DNA from: Candidatus Doudnabacteria bacterium
GTDB taxonomy: Bacteria > Patescibacteriota > Doudnabacteria > UBA920
Direction: 5' to 3'
DNA length: 64,000 nt
Assembly (NCBI GenBank): GCA_963837465.1
Contig: CAWINB010000004.1
Location: forward strand, 138,853-202,852
A program made the position numbers and the translations under genes. Positions 8,214 to 17,441 of the stretch are shown here, in pieces. How positions within the stretch are numbered: position 1 is the stretch's first letter; the number at the start of each line of letters is the position of its first letter. The notes beneath the pieces were generated by a model. That model worked only from the letters and a program-made list of their open reading frames with translations, searched no databases and was not told the origin of the DNA.

Positions 8214-10142
8214 TTACAACGTCTTCTGCTTTATTTTTTCCTCAAAACTTTCTAAGACGTCCCCTGCTAAAATTTTAACGGAAGTTTTTAGTTTGATTCC
8301 GAATTCTTCCCCGGGGTTAACACTTTTGGAAGCGACTTTGCTTTGCTGAAGTTCCAGGATTTCGCCGCGGCCCAGTTCTGCGCCTTCGCGGAAGACCATT
8401 ATCTGGCTTTGGCGTTTTAGTTCGCCCTGCTCCACGCGGCCGCCGATTATCATTTGGCCTTTTTCGGTGCGGAAAATTGCCAGGACCTTGGCCGTGCCAA
8501 AGGCAATTTTCTCCAGCTCGGGGGTGAACATTTTTATAACGGCGGAAGTTATATCTTCTATCAACTCGTAAATAACTTCGTAGCTGTCTATAATTACGTT
8601 TTTTTGCTTGGCCAGGTTTACGGCCTTGGAGTTGACTTTGCTGTGGAAGCCAATAATAACGGCTTTGGAGTTGGAGGCCAAAAGCACGTCGCTCTCGTTA
8701 ATTTCGCCCACGCCCTCGGCTAAAATGGAAATTTTTACTTCATCATTTTTTAACTTGGCGATGGATTGTTTAATAGCTTCCAAAGATCCGGCGGCATCTG
8801 TTTTGATGATTAAATTCAGGGTCTTGTTCTGCAAATCGCCCACAATTGCCTGTTTGCCGGCCATTTTATGGCTCTGGTTTTTGCGCTGAGCCGAAAGCGC
8901 GATGCTTTTGGCCTGGTCAAGCGTTTCCACGGTTTGCAAAATATCGCCGGCTTGCGGGACTTCCGAAAAACCGGAAATTTGCGCCGGCTGCGAAGGCATG
9001 ACTTGCTTTAACTTACGCCCGGTTTCATCTTCCAAACTGCGCACTCGGCCAAAGGCCGCGCCGGCTGCTATGATATCGCCAACTTTAAGGCTACCGTTCT
9101 GTACTATTACGGTTGAGGTGGCGCCTTTGCCCTGGCTGATTTTGCTTTCTACGATAGTACCCACGGTTTTACCTGTAGGATTTGCGCGGAAGTTTTCAAT
9201 TTCCGCCGTCAGCAAAATCATTTCCAGCAAATTGTCTATGCCAATATTCTGCTTGGCGGAAATTTCCACAGCAATAGTTTTGCCGCCCCATTCTTCGGTC
9301 AATACTCCCTGCCCGGCCAGCTCCTGCTTAACTTTAATTATATTGGCCTCGGGTTTATCTACTTTATTAATGGCCACAAGCATGGGCGTGTTGGTAAATT
9401 TGGCGCGGTTGATGACTTCCAGGGTCTGCGGCCTGACGCCGTCGTCGGCGGCTACGACCAGGACAATTAAATCCGTAACGTTGGCCCCACGGGCGCGCAT
9501 TTCCGAAAAAGCTTCGTGTCCCGGAGTATCCAAAAATGTAATAAATTTGCCGTTCTTTTTTACCTGGTAGGCTCCAATGTGCTGGGTAATGCCACCGCTT
9601 TCGCCTTCGGCGACTTTGGTTTTGCGGATGGTGTCCAGTAGCGTGGTCTTGCCGTGGTCAACATGGCCCATAATGGCAACTATGGGCGGCCGGGGTTTTA
9701 AATTGTCCTCTTTTTCATCTTTCAATACCTGCTGCAAAAATCCCAAACCATACTCCGTTTGCGCCGTGTCGGCTTCGACCTCCACTTCAAACCCCAAATC
9801 CTGGGCCACAATGCTGGCAGTGTCAAAATCCACTTCCTGGTTGATGCTGGCCATAACCCCGTTGCCGATTAAACTTTTAATGACTGTGGTAACCGGCAAG
9901 CTTAAGACTACCGCGAAATCCCGGACTTTAATAAACCCCGGCAGTTTAACTTTTTTCTTTTCTACTGGTCCGGCGGGTTTTGCCGCGACCGGTTTTGGCG
10001 CCAAAGCTTCGGTGATTTTTCTGGCCAAAAAATTGTCCACCTTGTTGGCCCTGGGCGAAATAAAAAAACCTTTCTCCCTGGCCCTGGCCCGGAGATCCTG
10101 CACCGACATATTCAATTCGGAAGATAGAGAAGAAAGATTCAT
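8214..10142 (-). CDS. infB: translation initiation factor IF-2 (compact form)
   Basis: 642 aa; G-domain [27 protein letters not shown] motifs and IF-2 C-terminal beta-barrels. Confidence 0.95.
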   Translation of the reverse strand: MNLSSLSSELNMSVQDLRARAREKGFFISPRANKVDNFLARKITEALAPKPVAAKPAGPVEKKKVKLPGFIKVRDFAVVLSLPVTTVIKSLIGNGVMASINQEVDFDTASIVAQDLGFEVEVEADTAQTEYGLGFLQQVLKDEKEDNLKPRPPIVAIMGHVDHGKTTLLDTIRKTKVAEGESGGITQHIGAYQVKKNGKFITFLDTPGHEAFSEMRARGANVTDLIVLVVAADDGVRPQTLEVINRAKFTNTPMLVAINKVDKPEANIIKVKQELAGQGVLTEEWGGKTIAVEISAKQNIGIDNLLEMILLTAEIENFRANPTGKTVGTIVESKISQGKGATSTVIVQNGSLKVGDIIAAGAAFGRVRSLEDETGRKLKQVMPSQPAQISGFSEVPQAGDILQTVETLDQAKSIALSAQRKNQSHKMAGKQAIVGDLQNKTLNLIIKTDAAGSLEAIKQSIAKLKNDEVKISILAEGVGEINESDVLLASNSKAVIIGFHSKVNSKAVNLAKQKNVIIDSYEVIYELIEDITSAVIKMFTPELEKIAFGTAKVLAIFRTEKGQMIIGGRVEQGELKRQSQIMVFREGAELGRGEILELQQSKVASKSVNPGEEFGIKLKTSVKILAGDVLESFEEKIKQKTL

Positions 10143-10298
10143 TTTTTTATAAAAACTGTTTACCTGATTATTTCGTAACCAAAATCGCCTTTAAACAGGA
10201 CGTTTACGATTAAGTATAGGCTATTTTGCCCAATAAATCAAGGATTTTTGGGACAAAGTAGCCTTAAAATGTGTTATAATTACAACATAAAGTTTTGC

Positions 10299-11681
10299 AT
10301 GAAATCTTTTTCCAAAAAATCCAGAAACAAAAAAACAATCATAATTGTAGGAACGGGCATCAGCGGTCTTATGGATGCTTTTGCTTTGCATCAAGCCGGT
10401 TTTAAGATTGAAGTTTATACCAAAGGACCAGACCCAAGAAGCGGTAAAAAACAAGACTACTATTCTTCCACCAGGAACGGGGAGCTGGGGAGGTTTATAA
10501 GCCGGTTTGAAGGAGAGCATTATTTGGGCAGTTCGCCTATGTATCCGGATATGAAAAAGGCTTTTCAGGTCCGGGTAGAAGACGGCGGATGGCTCGGCAA
10601 GCACGGCAACGAATTAAATTCTTTTGATAAAACCTGGCTGCAAAAACGCTGGGAAGCTTGCAACAACGAACAACAAATGCGCGACACGGAAAAGTTTTAT
10701 GTTGGAGCCAATGGCAAAGCCATGGAATTATGGCAAGACATAATTTTGGAATTTCCAAATCTCTTTAAGAATGCGGACTTGCTTAATACAGGAATTCTAA
10801 GAATTTATGATAAAGCGATACTTTTTGACTGGGCCGTATACAGGCACAAAAAAGAAAGCGTTTTGGAAAGGGCATTATTCCCAAAAGATATAATTAATGA
10901 CTATCCATACTTTGCCGAAGCAGTGGAACTTGGCTATACAAGCGGTGCCGTAGAAGCTCCCGGATTTTCTTTTAATATCCATAAATTTACCGACAATTTA
11001 ATTGACTACCTGGAACAGGAAGGCTCAAAATTTCATTGGGAGAAATGCGTTTACCGTGTTAAATTTTCTGCGCAAAAATTAGTTGAGGGGTTAGTGACTG
11101 AAGATGGAATTATTAAAGCCGATGGTTACGCTTTAAGCCCAGGTGCCTATGCCGAAGAAAGCCTTTATAAAGGTACTCCTGCAGCAGGTAAAGTTGGGGG
11201 CGTAGCGGGCAGATGGATGTTTATGGCAGCACCAAAAAGTTTTAAACGTCCTGTAAAAATACACGGGGATATGCGCTCTGAGAACGGAAAAACTTTTCCA
11301 ATAGTTGACATAAACCTGACTCATTTTACCGCTGATGACGGCAATAAATGGCTCGCTGTAGGAGGAGGGTATGCGTATTTAGGCAAGCCGCCGTTTAAAA
11401 CCACCAGCGCGGCTTTTGACGCCATCGACGCAGAAAATGAAAGAACGGTAAGCAGATTTCTAGGCCCCACTTACAGACAGGCGAAAAAAGACGGATTGCT
11501 TCGAAAAAGTATTGCTACTTGCGTAAGGTCTTTTACCTACGACGATTTGCCTGTTATGGAAAGCATAAAAACAGTCAACAAAGGCCTGTTAAGGATTAAT
11601 GTTGGGACTAATACAGGAACAACGACAATCTCTCCTTTTACGGCTTTGGAAACAGTTAAAGATTTTAGCCGCTTGTTATAA
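10299..11681 (+). CDS. FAD/NAD(P)-binding oxidoreductase (amine-oxidase-like Rossmann fold), function unknown
   Basis: start moved to ATG 10299 (MKSFSKK); dinucleotide-binding motif IIIVGTGISGL; extended -10 TGtTATAAT at 10271-10279. Confidence 0.5.
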   Translation: MKSFSKKSRNKKTIIIVGTGISGLMDAFALHQAGFKIEVYTKGPDPRSGKKQDYYSSTRNGELGRFISRFEGEHYLGSSPMYPDMKKAFQVRVEDGGWLGKHGNELNSFDKTWLQKRWEACNNEQQMRDTEKFYVGANGKAMELWQDIILEFPNLFKNADLLNTGILRIYDKAILFDWAVYRHKKESVLERALFPKDIINDYPYFAEAVELGYTSGAVEAPGFSFNIHKFTDNLIDYLEQEGSKFHWEKCVYRVKFSAQKLVEGLVTEDGIIKADGYALSPGAYAEESLYKGTPAAGKVGGVAGRWMFMAAPKSFKRPVKIHGDMRSENGKTFPIVDINLTHFTADDGNKWLAVGGGYAYLGKPPFKTTSAAFDAIDAENERTVSRFLGPTYRQAKKDGLLRKSIATCVRSFTYDDLPVMESIKTVNKGLLRINVGTNTGTTTISPFTALETVKDFSRLL

Positions 11682-11749
11682 TATATAAATTTAAATCGGT
11701 TGGAAAAATCTTTGGAGGGAAACCACAGCACAAAGGTTTTTTTATTTCT

Positions 11750-12475
11750 ATGAAATTTGTCAAAGTTAAAACCCGCGCCTTGTTGCCGCCGAAAGATGAT
11801 ATTTTTGGGGTGGTTGATAAATACCTGCCCAAACTCAAAGAAGGCGATGTTTTGCTCATCGCGTCCAAGATTTTAGCAATCCATCAGGGAAGATGCGTTA
11901 GAATTGAAAGCATAAAAAAATCCGCTCTGGTAAAAAAAGAGGCGGATTTTAGTTTGCCGGGAAATATGGTGGCGGGAGCGGAAATTATTTTGACCATAAA
12001 AGATTACACTTTAATTCCTTCCGCCGGAATTGATGAAAGCAACGGCAACGACTACTATATTTTATGGCCAAAAAATACAAATCGTCTTTGTAAGGATATT
12101 TGCGACTATTTAAAAAGGAAACATAAAATAAAAAGACTGGCGGTTGTGGCGACCGACAGCCACACTACTCCTTTACGCTGGGGCACGCAGGGCGTATCAA
12201 TCGGATTTTTTGGTTTGGAGCCATTGTATGATTACCGCGGCAAAAATGATATTTTTGGCCGCAAATTAAAATATACCCAAAGCAACATTGTAGACGCGCT
12301 TTCGGTTACCGCCGTACTTTTAATGGGCGAAGGAGCGGAAAAAACACCAATGGTAATCTGCCGCGGCGCGGAATTTGTAAACTTCACCACCAAGCACACC
12401 CATAAAAAATTGGTGATTGAGCCGAAAAAGGATTTGTATTATCCGCTACTAAGACAATTTAAAAGATTTAAATAA
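11750..12475 (+). CDS. CofE-like gamma-glutamyl ligase family protein (F420-0:gamma-glutamyl ligase homolog)
   Basis: 241 aa; blocks IPSAGIDESNG, LAVVATDSHTTPLRWGTQGVSIGFFG typical of the F420_ligase/CofE fold. Confidence 0.55.
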   Translation: MKFVKVKTRALLPPKDDIFGVVDKYLPKLKEGDVLLIASKILAIHQGRCVRIESIKKSALVKKEADFSLPGNMVAGAEIILTIKDYTLIPSAGIDESNGNDYYILWPKNTNRLCKDICDYLKRKHKIKRLAVVATDSHTTPLRWGTQGVSIGFFGLEPLYDYRGKNDIFGRKLKYTQSNIVDALSVTAVLLMGEGAEKTPMVICRGAEFVNFTTKHTHKKLVIEPKKDLYYPLLRQFKRFK

Positions 12476-12512
12476 TTGACCAAAATTGACATAATTTAAC
12501 CGCAACCCATTC

Positions 12513-13061
12513 TTGTCATTCTTAGAATCTATTTTAAAATTTATGATTAATCCTAAATACATCGCCATTGCCGCCATAACCATAGATGGCAAAATCGCCA
12601 AAGGCTCGGGACATATGTCCGACTGGACCAGCAAAGAAGACAAAAACTTTCTGCGTAAAATGCTGGACAAGTCCGATGTTATAATTGTCGGCAATAACAC
12701 TTACAAAACCGCAATCAAGCCGTTGTCAAAACGGAACTGTATTGTGTTTAGCAGATCAGCCGGTCAGTTTAACAGCAGATCAGCCAACCTGATGTACATA
12801 AACCCAAACAAAACTGATATAAAAAAACTAATAAAAAATTTAGGTTACAAAAAAATTGCCGTTTTAGGCGGCGCGCAAACTTACAGCTACTTTTTGGAAA
12901 CTAATTTACTGAATGAAATTTATTTAACCATAGAACCCCTGGCCTTTGGCACCGGCATCAGCCTATTTTCCAACAAAAAACCCGGCGACTATAAATTTAA
13001 GCTCGTCTCCATAAAAAAATTGAACAAAAAGGGAAGCGTGCTTTTGAGATATAAAAAATAA
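12513..13061 (+). CDS. dihydrofolate reductase-like (RibD C-terminal domain) protein
   Basis: IAIAAITIDGKIA...VIIVGNNTY...VLGGAQTYSYFL pattern of the RibD_C/DHFR family; true start may be Met at 12543. Confidence 0.55.
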   Translation: MSFLESILKFMINPKYIAIAAITIDGKIAKGSGHMSDWTSKEDKNFLRKMLDKSDVIIVGNNTYKTAIKPLSKRNCIVFSRSAGQFNSRSANLMYINPNKTDIKKLIKNLGYKKIAVLGGAQTYSYFLETNLLNEIYLTIEPLAFGTGISLFSNKKPGDYKFKLVSIKKLNKKGSVLLRYKK

Positions 13062-13063
13062 AA

Positions 13064-13091
13064 GAGCAGGCGCACGAAGTCCTGCTCTTAA
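13064..13091 (-). terminator. intrinsic terminator for the minus-strand gene 13155-13628
   Basis: hairpin aagagcagg...cctgctctt; the minus strand reads T-run (tttatttttt) immediately after the stem. Confidence 0.5.
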
Positions 13092-13154
13092 ATGCGGGGA
13101 TGAGGCTCCCAGAGACGGCGTTTAACGCGCGCCAATCGATAATATCCCCCTATT

Positions 13155-13628
13155 TTATTTTGGCTCATTATCCACCCCGGCCGCTTCTTCGAGGGTCTTC
13201 CCCAAGTCAGAAAATAACAGCGCCTCTGGCTTAACCTTAAGCACTCCGGAGATTTTCATCAGGTTTGCCAGATTCCACCCTCCCAAGCCTATTGATTCGC
13301 CGCTGAGCACTCGCCCGGTAAAAGATGGGTTCATGGCCAATTTTTTGGCGAACTGGTTGATGCTCTTAATTCCCTGCAAAACCCACAACAAATAAATATT
13401 TTCCGTTACGCGACCGAGCACACCGGGACGCTGGATATAAATCCAGCACAGGGAATTAAATAACCTGAGGCTTTCCTGAAGTTCGGCCATTTGGTAGAGT
13501 ATGGCCATAGACAGAATGGGAAGCAATGTCCGCATTTGTGACTCCAAATCTGAGTCCTTAAGCGCATACAATTTTTCCTCATCCTTTAACGACAGGCAGC
13601 TCTTCCCTGCAATAATTCTTTTTTCCAT
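13155..13628 (-). CDS. XRE-like HTH protein (paralog 1 of 3)
   Basis: 157 aa; C-terminal half INQFAKKLAMNPSFTGRVLSGE...LKVKPEALLF shares HTH-plus-tail pattern with the two upstream genes. Confidence 0.45.
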   Translation of the reverse strand: MEKRIIAGKSCLSLKDEEKLYALKDSDLESQMRTLLPILSMAILYQMAELQESLRLFNSLCWIYIQRPGVLGRVTENIYLLWVLQGIKSINQFAKKLAMNPSFTGRVLSGESIGLGGWNLANLMKISGVLKVKPEALLFSDLGKTLEEAAGVDNEPK

Positions 13629-13767
13629 CTCTATTCCTCCTTATTTTAGGGTTTTACCCTTCTAAATTCACCAACGCTGACGAACTTAGAAGGCGGGACA
13701 AAGTTGCTTGTCCCGTTAGGGCGAGATGTCCTCGCAAAGTAAATTTCCTCCAAATATATTTTTTAGC

Positions 13768-14256
13768 TTATTCGCTAGGTTTAACCTCCGAAACGGACTT
13801 TAAAAGTTTTTCTCGAAGGTCAACACAGAGCAAGGTATAAACCGAAGCACCAAGCGCTTCGGCAATACCGACAAAGGTTAGAGGTCTTGTCTTCTCAAAA
13901 TTCTTTAACCGTAGGTCGAGCATTCGACTCATTGTGCTTTGCGAACATCCGGATAATTCAGCCAACTTATAAATGGACAATTCGTGCAAGCCCATGAGAA
14001 GATGGACGTTTCCCTTAAAGCGTTTATGCACGGCCGGGTCTTTCAGCAACCTTTCAAATTTTTCAGAAAGGAGGCGGAGAGACCTTAACAGCTGCAGAGA
14101 CATCTGCAGAGCTTTAAAGTCATCGGGGCTTAGGGGTTCCAGTGGTTCGGGAGTGCAGGTGCTTTCTGGGACCATCGCCTTTTTTCCTGTCCCTCTGGGA
14201 CGCCCACGCCTTTCTATTTGCTTCTTACTCATCACAATACTCCTTTTTGCACTCAA
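13768..14256 (-). CDS. XRE-like HTH protein with basic N-terminus (paralog 2 of 3)
   Basis: 162 aa; RGRPRGTGKK AT-hook-like segment; SIYKLAELSGCSQSTMSRMLD helix-turn-helix. Confidence 0.45.
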   Translation of the reverse strand: MSAKRSIVMSKKQIERRGRPRGTGKKAMVPESTCTPEPLEPLSPDDFKALQMSLQLLRSLRLLSEKFERLLKDPAVHKRFKGNVHLLMGLHELSIYKLAELSGCSQSTMSRMLDLRLKNFEKTRPLTFVGIAEALGASVYTLLCVDLREKLLKSVSEVKPSE

Positions 14257-14626
14257 TCTCTTTCAGCCGATTTTCAAATTCCTGTCGAAGGTCAGCCGTA
14301 AGCAATATGCTTGGTTTGACTCGTAAGGACAATGCTATCAGCCGTAGCGTTTCAACACTTGGGTTGAAGTTTGGAAAATCCTTCCTAAGTAGCCTACCAA
14401 CATAGCTTCTGTTTTTGCCTGACGCTACCGACAGCTCTTCTGCTCCCATATTACGAAGACCCATCAAGACTTGAATGTTGCTAATCAGGATGTCCTGATT
14501 TTGGGTGTCCACCAAGTGAACCGAAATCCCAGTGAGCAGTAACTTAAAAATTTGTTTCAAGCTGGCCATACTGGCACCCTGCAACACCAGGTTATCCAAA
14601 AATGCCGCCTGATCTTTGGTTAGCAT
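14225..14626 (-). CDS. XRE-like HTH protein (paralog 3 of 3)
   Basis: 133 aa; MGAEELSVASGKNRSYVGRLLR HTH; strong RBS agggggacta before ATG; 32 nt overlap with the downstream gene. Confidence 0.5.
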   Translation of the reverse strand: MLTKDQAAFLDNLVLQGASMASLKQIFKLLLTGISVHLVDTQNQDILISNIQVLMGLRNMGAEELSVASGKNRSYVGRLLRKDFPNFNPSVETLRLIALSLRVKPSILLTADLRQEFENRLKEIECKKEYCDE

Positions 14627-14793
14627 TAGTCCCCCTAAACTTTGACGTATTCATGCCCCGCCGGGTATTTTTATTTTGACTAAAGAATCTAACATAAATT
14701 ATTACTATTGTCAATAGATATTTACTTTGGCTAAGTTATTTTTAGCTATAATTAAAGGTTAAATTGGAAACTAAATAATTTTGTGAATAAATA

Positions 14794-14822
14794 TTGACAC
14801 AAATGTTAGGACAGGGTATAAT
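14794..14822 (+). promoter_or_regulatory. consensus sigma70 promoter TTGACA-17-TATAAT for trmB paralog 1
   Basis: ttgaca 14794-14799, 17 nt spacer, tataat 14817-14822, 25 nt before the ATG. Confidence 0.7.
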
Positions 14823-14847
14823 GATATTAGGATATTAATATACATTT

Positions 14848-15618
14848 ATGGCGGAAAATAATTTTGAATTACAAAAAGCGCTGCTTTCTTTAAATTTCAG
14901 TGAAAAAGAAGCAAATGTTTATTTGGCCCTTTTGGAATTGGGCCAGGGTAGCGTGTCGGAAATCGCGAGGAAGTCCAATATTAACCGGACACACGGGTAT
15001 AATGTGCTGGCCGCGCTTTCTTCGAGAGGATTGGTCAGTATTTCCGGCAAGGAGCCGAAGCAGGAATATGTGGCGGAGTCGCCGGATAAGATTAAAGATA
15101 TGCTTAGGGCGGAAATTAAAAAAAATGAGGGATTTTTAAAACAGGCTGACAATGTAATCCCTAAATTAAAATCCATCCGAACCGTCCGCGGCCGCCCTCA
15201 AGTACGGTTTTACGAAGGCAAAGAGGGATTGAAACAAATTTACGAAGACACACTAACTTCCCACGAAACAATTTTAGCCTATGCCAGCGTGGAAGATACG
15301 CAAAGTACCCTACCGGACTTTTTTCCAAGTTATTATTTTAGACGCGCCGACAAAAATATTCATATTCGGGCGGTGTTTCCTGACACTGCCGAAGCCCGCA
15401 AACTGGTTAAATCCAATAAAATCCAAAAAAGGGAAACGGTATTAGTACCGTCCCAAAAATATTCCTTTTCCCCGGAAATAAATATTTACGACAACAAAGT
15501 TATGATAGCATCGTGGCGGGAAAAGCTTGGTATAACCATAGAAAGCCATGAAATATCCGATGCCATGAAAAAAATATTTGAGTTGGCGTGGATTGGTGCT
15601 AAAAGTTTAGAAAAATAG
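14848..15618 (+). CDS. TrmB-family transcriptional regulator (paralog 1)
   Basis: 256 aa; N-terminal winged-helix EANVYLALLELGQGSVSEIA; C-terminal sugar-binding-like domain; close paralog of 17442-18239. Confidence 0.8.
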   Translation: MAENNFELQKALLSLNFSEKEANVYLALLELGQGSVSEIARKSNINRTHGYNVLAALSSRGLVSISGKEPKQEYVAESPDKIKDMLRAEIKKNEGFLKQADNVIPKLKSIRTVRGRPQVRFYEGKEGLKQIYEDTLTSHETILAYASVEDTQSTLPDFFPSYYFRRADKNIHIRAVFPDTAEARKLVKSNKIQKRETVLVPSQKYSFSPEINIYDNKVMIASWREKLGITIESHEISDAMKKIFELAWIGAKSLEK

Positions 15619-15677
15619 GCAAAAGAAAAAGGCAGCACCGGATGCTGCCTTTAAAGTTACGAGCGTAGTCAGCAAAA

Positions 15678-16061
15678 TTATTTTTTCCTTCGGCGCCTCC
15701 TCATTTTTTGCTCCAGCTTAGCTATGGCGGCGTCAATGGAAAACTTGCCCGAACCGGCCTCTTTAGCCAACAAAACCTGGTGGGATTGGTCGGCTTTAAA
15801 GTCAATAATAGTAAAAGCCTGTCCGGTTGTTTCCACTACTTCAGGTACTTGATTGACAAATTGCGAGCGGCAGCAGCGGCATTCCCAAAGGTCTTCGTCG
15901 TTTCTGTCGACCTGGTTTTGAGAACATACCGGACAACCAAGCCATTTCTGGCGGGACCGCAACTCCTCCAAGGCAACGGCTGGACAACCAGGCTTATGAC
16001 CCTCTGTTTGCCTGCAATGAGGACAGGGAATTGCAAACATTTGTCTCGATCCAATAAACAT
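15678..16061 (-). CDS. zinc-ribbon (multi-CxxC) protein with poly-basic C-terminus, hypothetical
   Basis: 127 aa; CPHC...CPVC...CRCCRSQF cysteine pairs; C-terminal KMRRRRRKK; RBS ggaaggagg. Confidence 0.5.
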   Translation of the reverse strand: MFIGSRQMFAIPCPHCRQTEGHKPGCPAVALEELRSRQKWLGCPVCSQNQVDRNDEDLWECRCCRSQFVNQVPEVVETTGQAFTIIDFKADQSHQVLLAKEAGSGKFSIDAAIAKLEQKMRRRRRKK

Positions 16062-16191
16062 AAAATCCTCCTTCCAGAGCCTTAGACTCTTCCAAAAAAA
16101 CTAAAAATAATTTTCTTGGAAGAACGGACGAGAGGGCAAGGCTCGTCCTAAAGCGTGATGATAAAACATCACAAATCTGGACATAACGCCG

Positions 16192-16770
16192 CTATGCGGT
16201 TAAGTCAATATATTTGGTCGGCACCAAATGGAGCATAAAATTGGTTTTTCCGGCCCCAAGCTCCAATCGTACCCCGCTTTTCATCTCCGCATTGCTGGTA
16301 TTATCGAGTATGTAGCCGACTAAGCAATCGGCGTTGCTATAAGTTACGTGTACAGGATTGCCAGCGGTGAACTCGACTCCGTCCAGCTGCTGAATTACTT
16401 CGACAGGAACGGGCTTCCGGTTGTCGTAACCTTCGTCGGCGAAGAGGTATACTTCCGGAAACCGGTGATAGGTGAGTGTCCATTGAAACCACTCGGCAAA
16501 TCTTAAATGGCTAATGGTTTCAGTTGGCTCGTCGCCCTTGTATTCCTCCAAAAAACTTAGGTAGTCATTAATGGCGCCTTGGCGAAGCGCGGACAGCGGA
16601 ATTCGTATGGGCATCTCATGATCACTGAACAGTTCCGGAAATGCCAAGTTGAACTTAGCGATGACTTCGTCATCGTCCACTCCCCAGCTAAGCCAAGTAA
16701 CCAAATACTTCAGCCACGGATCTTTGAGCTTGCAGACGTTTTCCCAATTGCGATGGTATTGAATTTTCAT
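16192..16770 (-). CDS. hypothetical protein (no recognised domain)
   Basis: 192 aa; RBS aaaggagg 6 nt before ATG; co-directional with the flanking Cys-rich genes. Confidence 0.5.
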   Translation of the reverse strand: MKIQYHRNWENVCKLKDPWLKYLVTWLSWGVDDDEVIAKFNLAFPELFSDHEMPIRIPLSALRQGAINDYLSFLEEYKGDEPTETISHLRFAEWFQWTLTYHRFPEVYLFADEGYDNRKPVPVEVIQQLDGVEFTAGNPVHVTYSNADCLVGYILDNTSNAEMKSGVRLELGAGKTNFMLHLVPTKYIDLTA

Positions 16771-16901
16771 TTACTGCCTCCTTTAAAATTAGAGCTTGTG
16801 CTCCTCTCAAAACACAAAATGTTAATGTTTTGGGAGGAGCGGATAAACTAAATTTATCCGCCAGTTTCTTCTAAATAACCCCCTTATCTTTGTAGTCGTT
16901 T

Positions 16902-17243
16902 TTAATCGCTTATTTTCTCATCGGCTTTCCATTGCCTGAGCACCCGAATTTCAGCGTCAAGAAATATCCGCATAAATTCGACTGGGTCAGAGCAAGGGAT
17001 TGGCGTGCCGGTCGGGCCGTTGAACCCAAAGCAGAGATAACCCGATGGCTCGACAGATTCGCGAAACCCAATATTGAAGTAGCGAAAACGGTTCTTTACG
17101 AACTCAATTCGCTGCTTGCAAGTCTCGCAGGGTGCGCTGGCCGGACATCCGCCAACATGAAAAAACATCTGTCCTTGGCCGCTGGAAAAGAAGCGTGGCT
17201 TGCTCCAGCCTGCAATCTGAATCTGGTAGTGAGTTAGGATCAT
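16902..17243 (-). CDS. Cys-containing hypothetical protein
   Basis: 113 aa; HVGGCPASAPCETCKQ cysteine cluster; RBS aaggag; first gene of a 3-gene minus-strand operon. Confidence 0.45.
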   Translation of the reverse strand: MILTHYQIQIAGWSKPRFFSSGQGQMFFHVGGCPASAPCETCKQRIEFVKNRFRYFNIGFRESVEPSGYLCFGFNGPTGTPIPCSDPVEFMRIFLDAEIRVLRQWKADEKISD

Positions 17244-17403
17244 GTTAATGTGCTCCTTGCGTAACCCCGCCGGGTATTTTTGATTTTAACTGTCAAAAAT
17301 AACATATATTCAAAATATTGTCAATAATTAACGTCAAATTAATCTTCTTTATTGGTTTTATTTAAGGTATTTTTAAGTATTTTATATATTTTGTGGATTT
17401 ATA

Positions 17404-17432
17404 TTGACACAATTTAAAACACGTCCTATAAT
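17404..17432 (+). promoter_or_regulatory. consensus sigma70 promoter TTGACA-17-TATAAT for trmB paralog 2
   Basis: ttgaca 17404-17409, 17 nt spacer, tataat 17427-17432. Confidence 0.7.
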
Positions 17433-17441
17433 TAAAGCGCT

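Noticed and set aside
8454-10152. Plus-strand ORFs (89, 93, 222, 191 aa) inside infB
   Set aside because: Antisense shadow ORFs within a confidently identified, highly conserved gene; Ser/Ala/Leu-rich low-complexity translations
14655-14671. 17-mer ccccgccgggtattttt as an intrinsic terminator half
   Set aside because: No complementary upstream arm; only ccgg is self-complementary, so it cannot form a terminator hairpin. Kept as a duplication boundary or operator candidate instead
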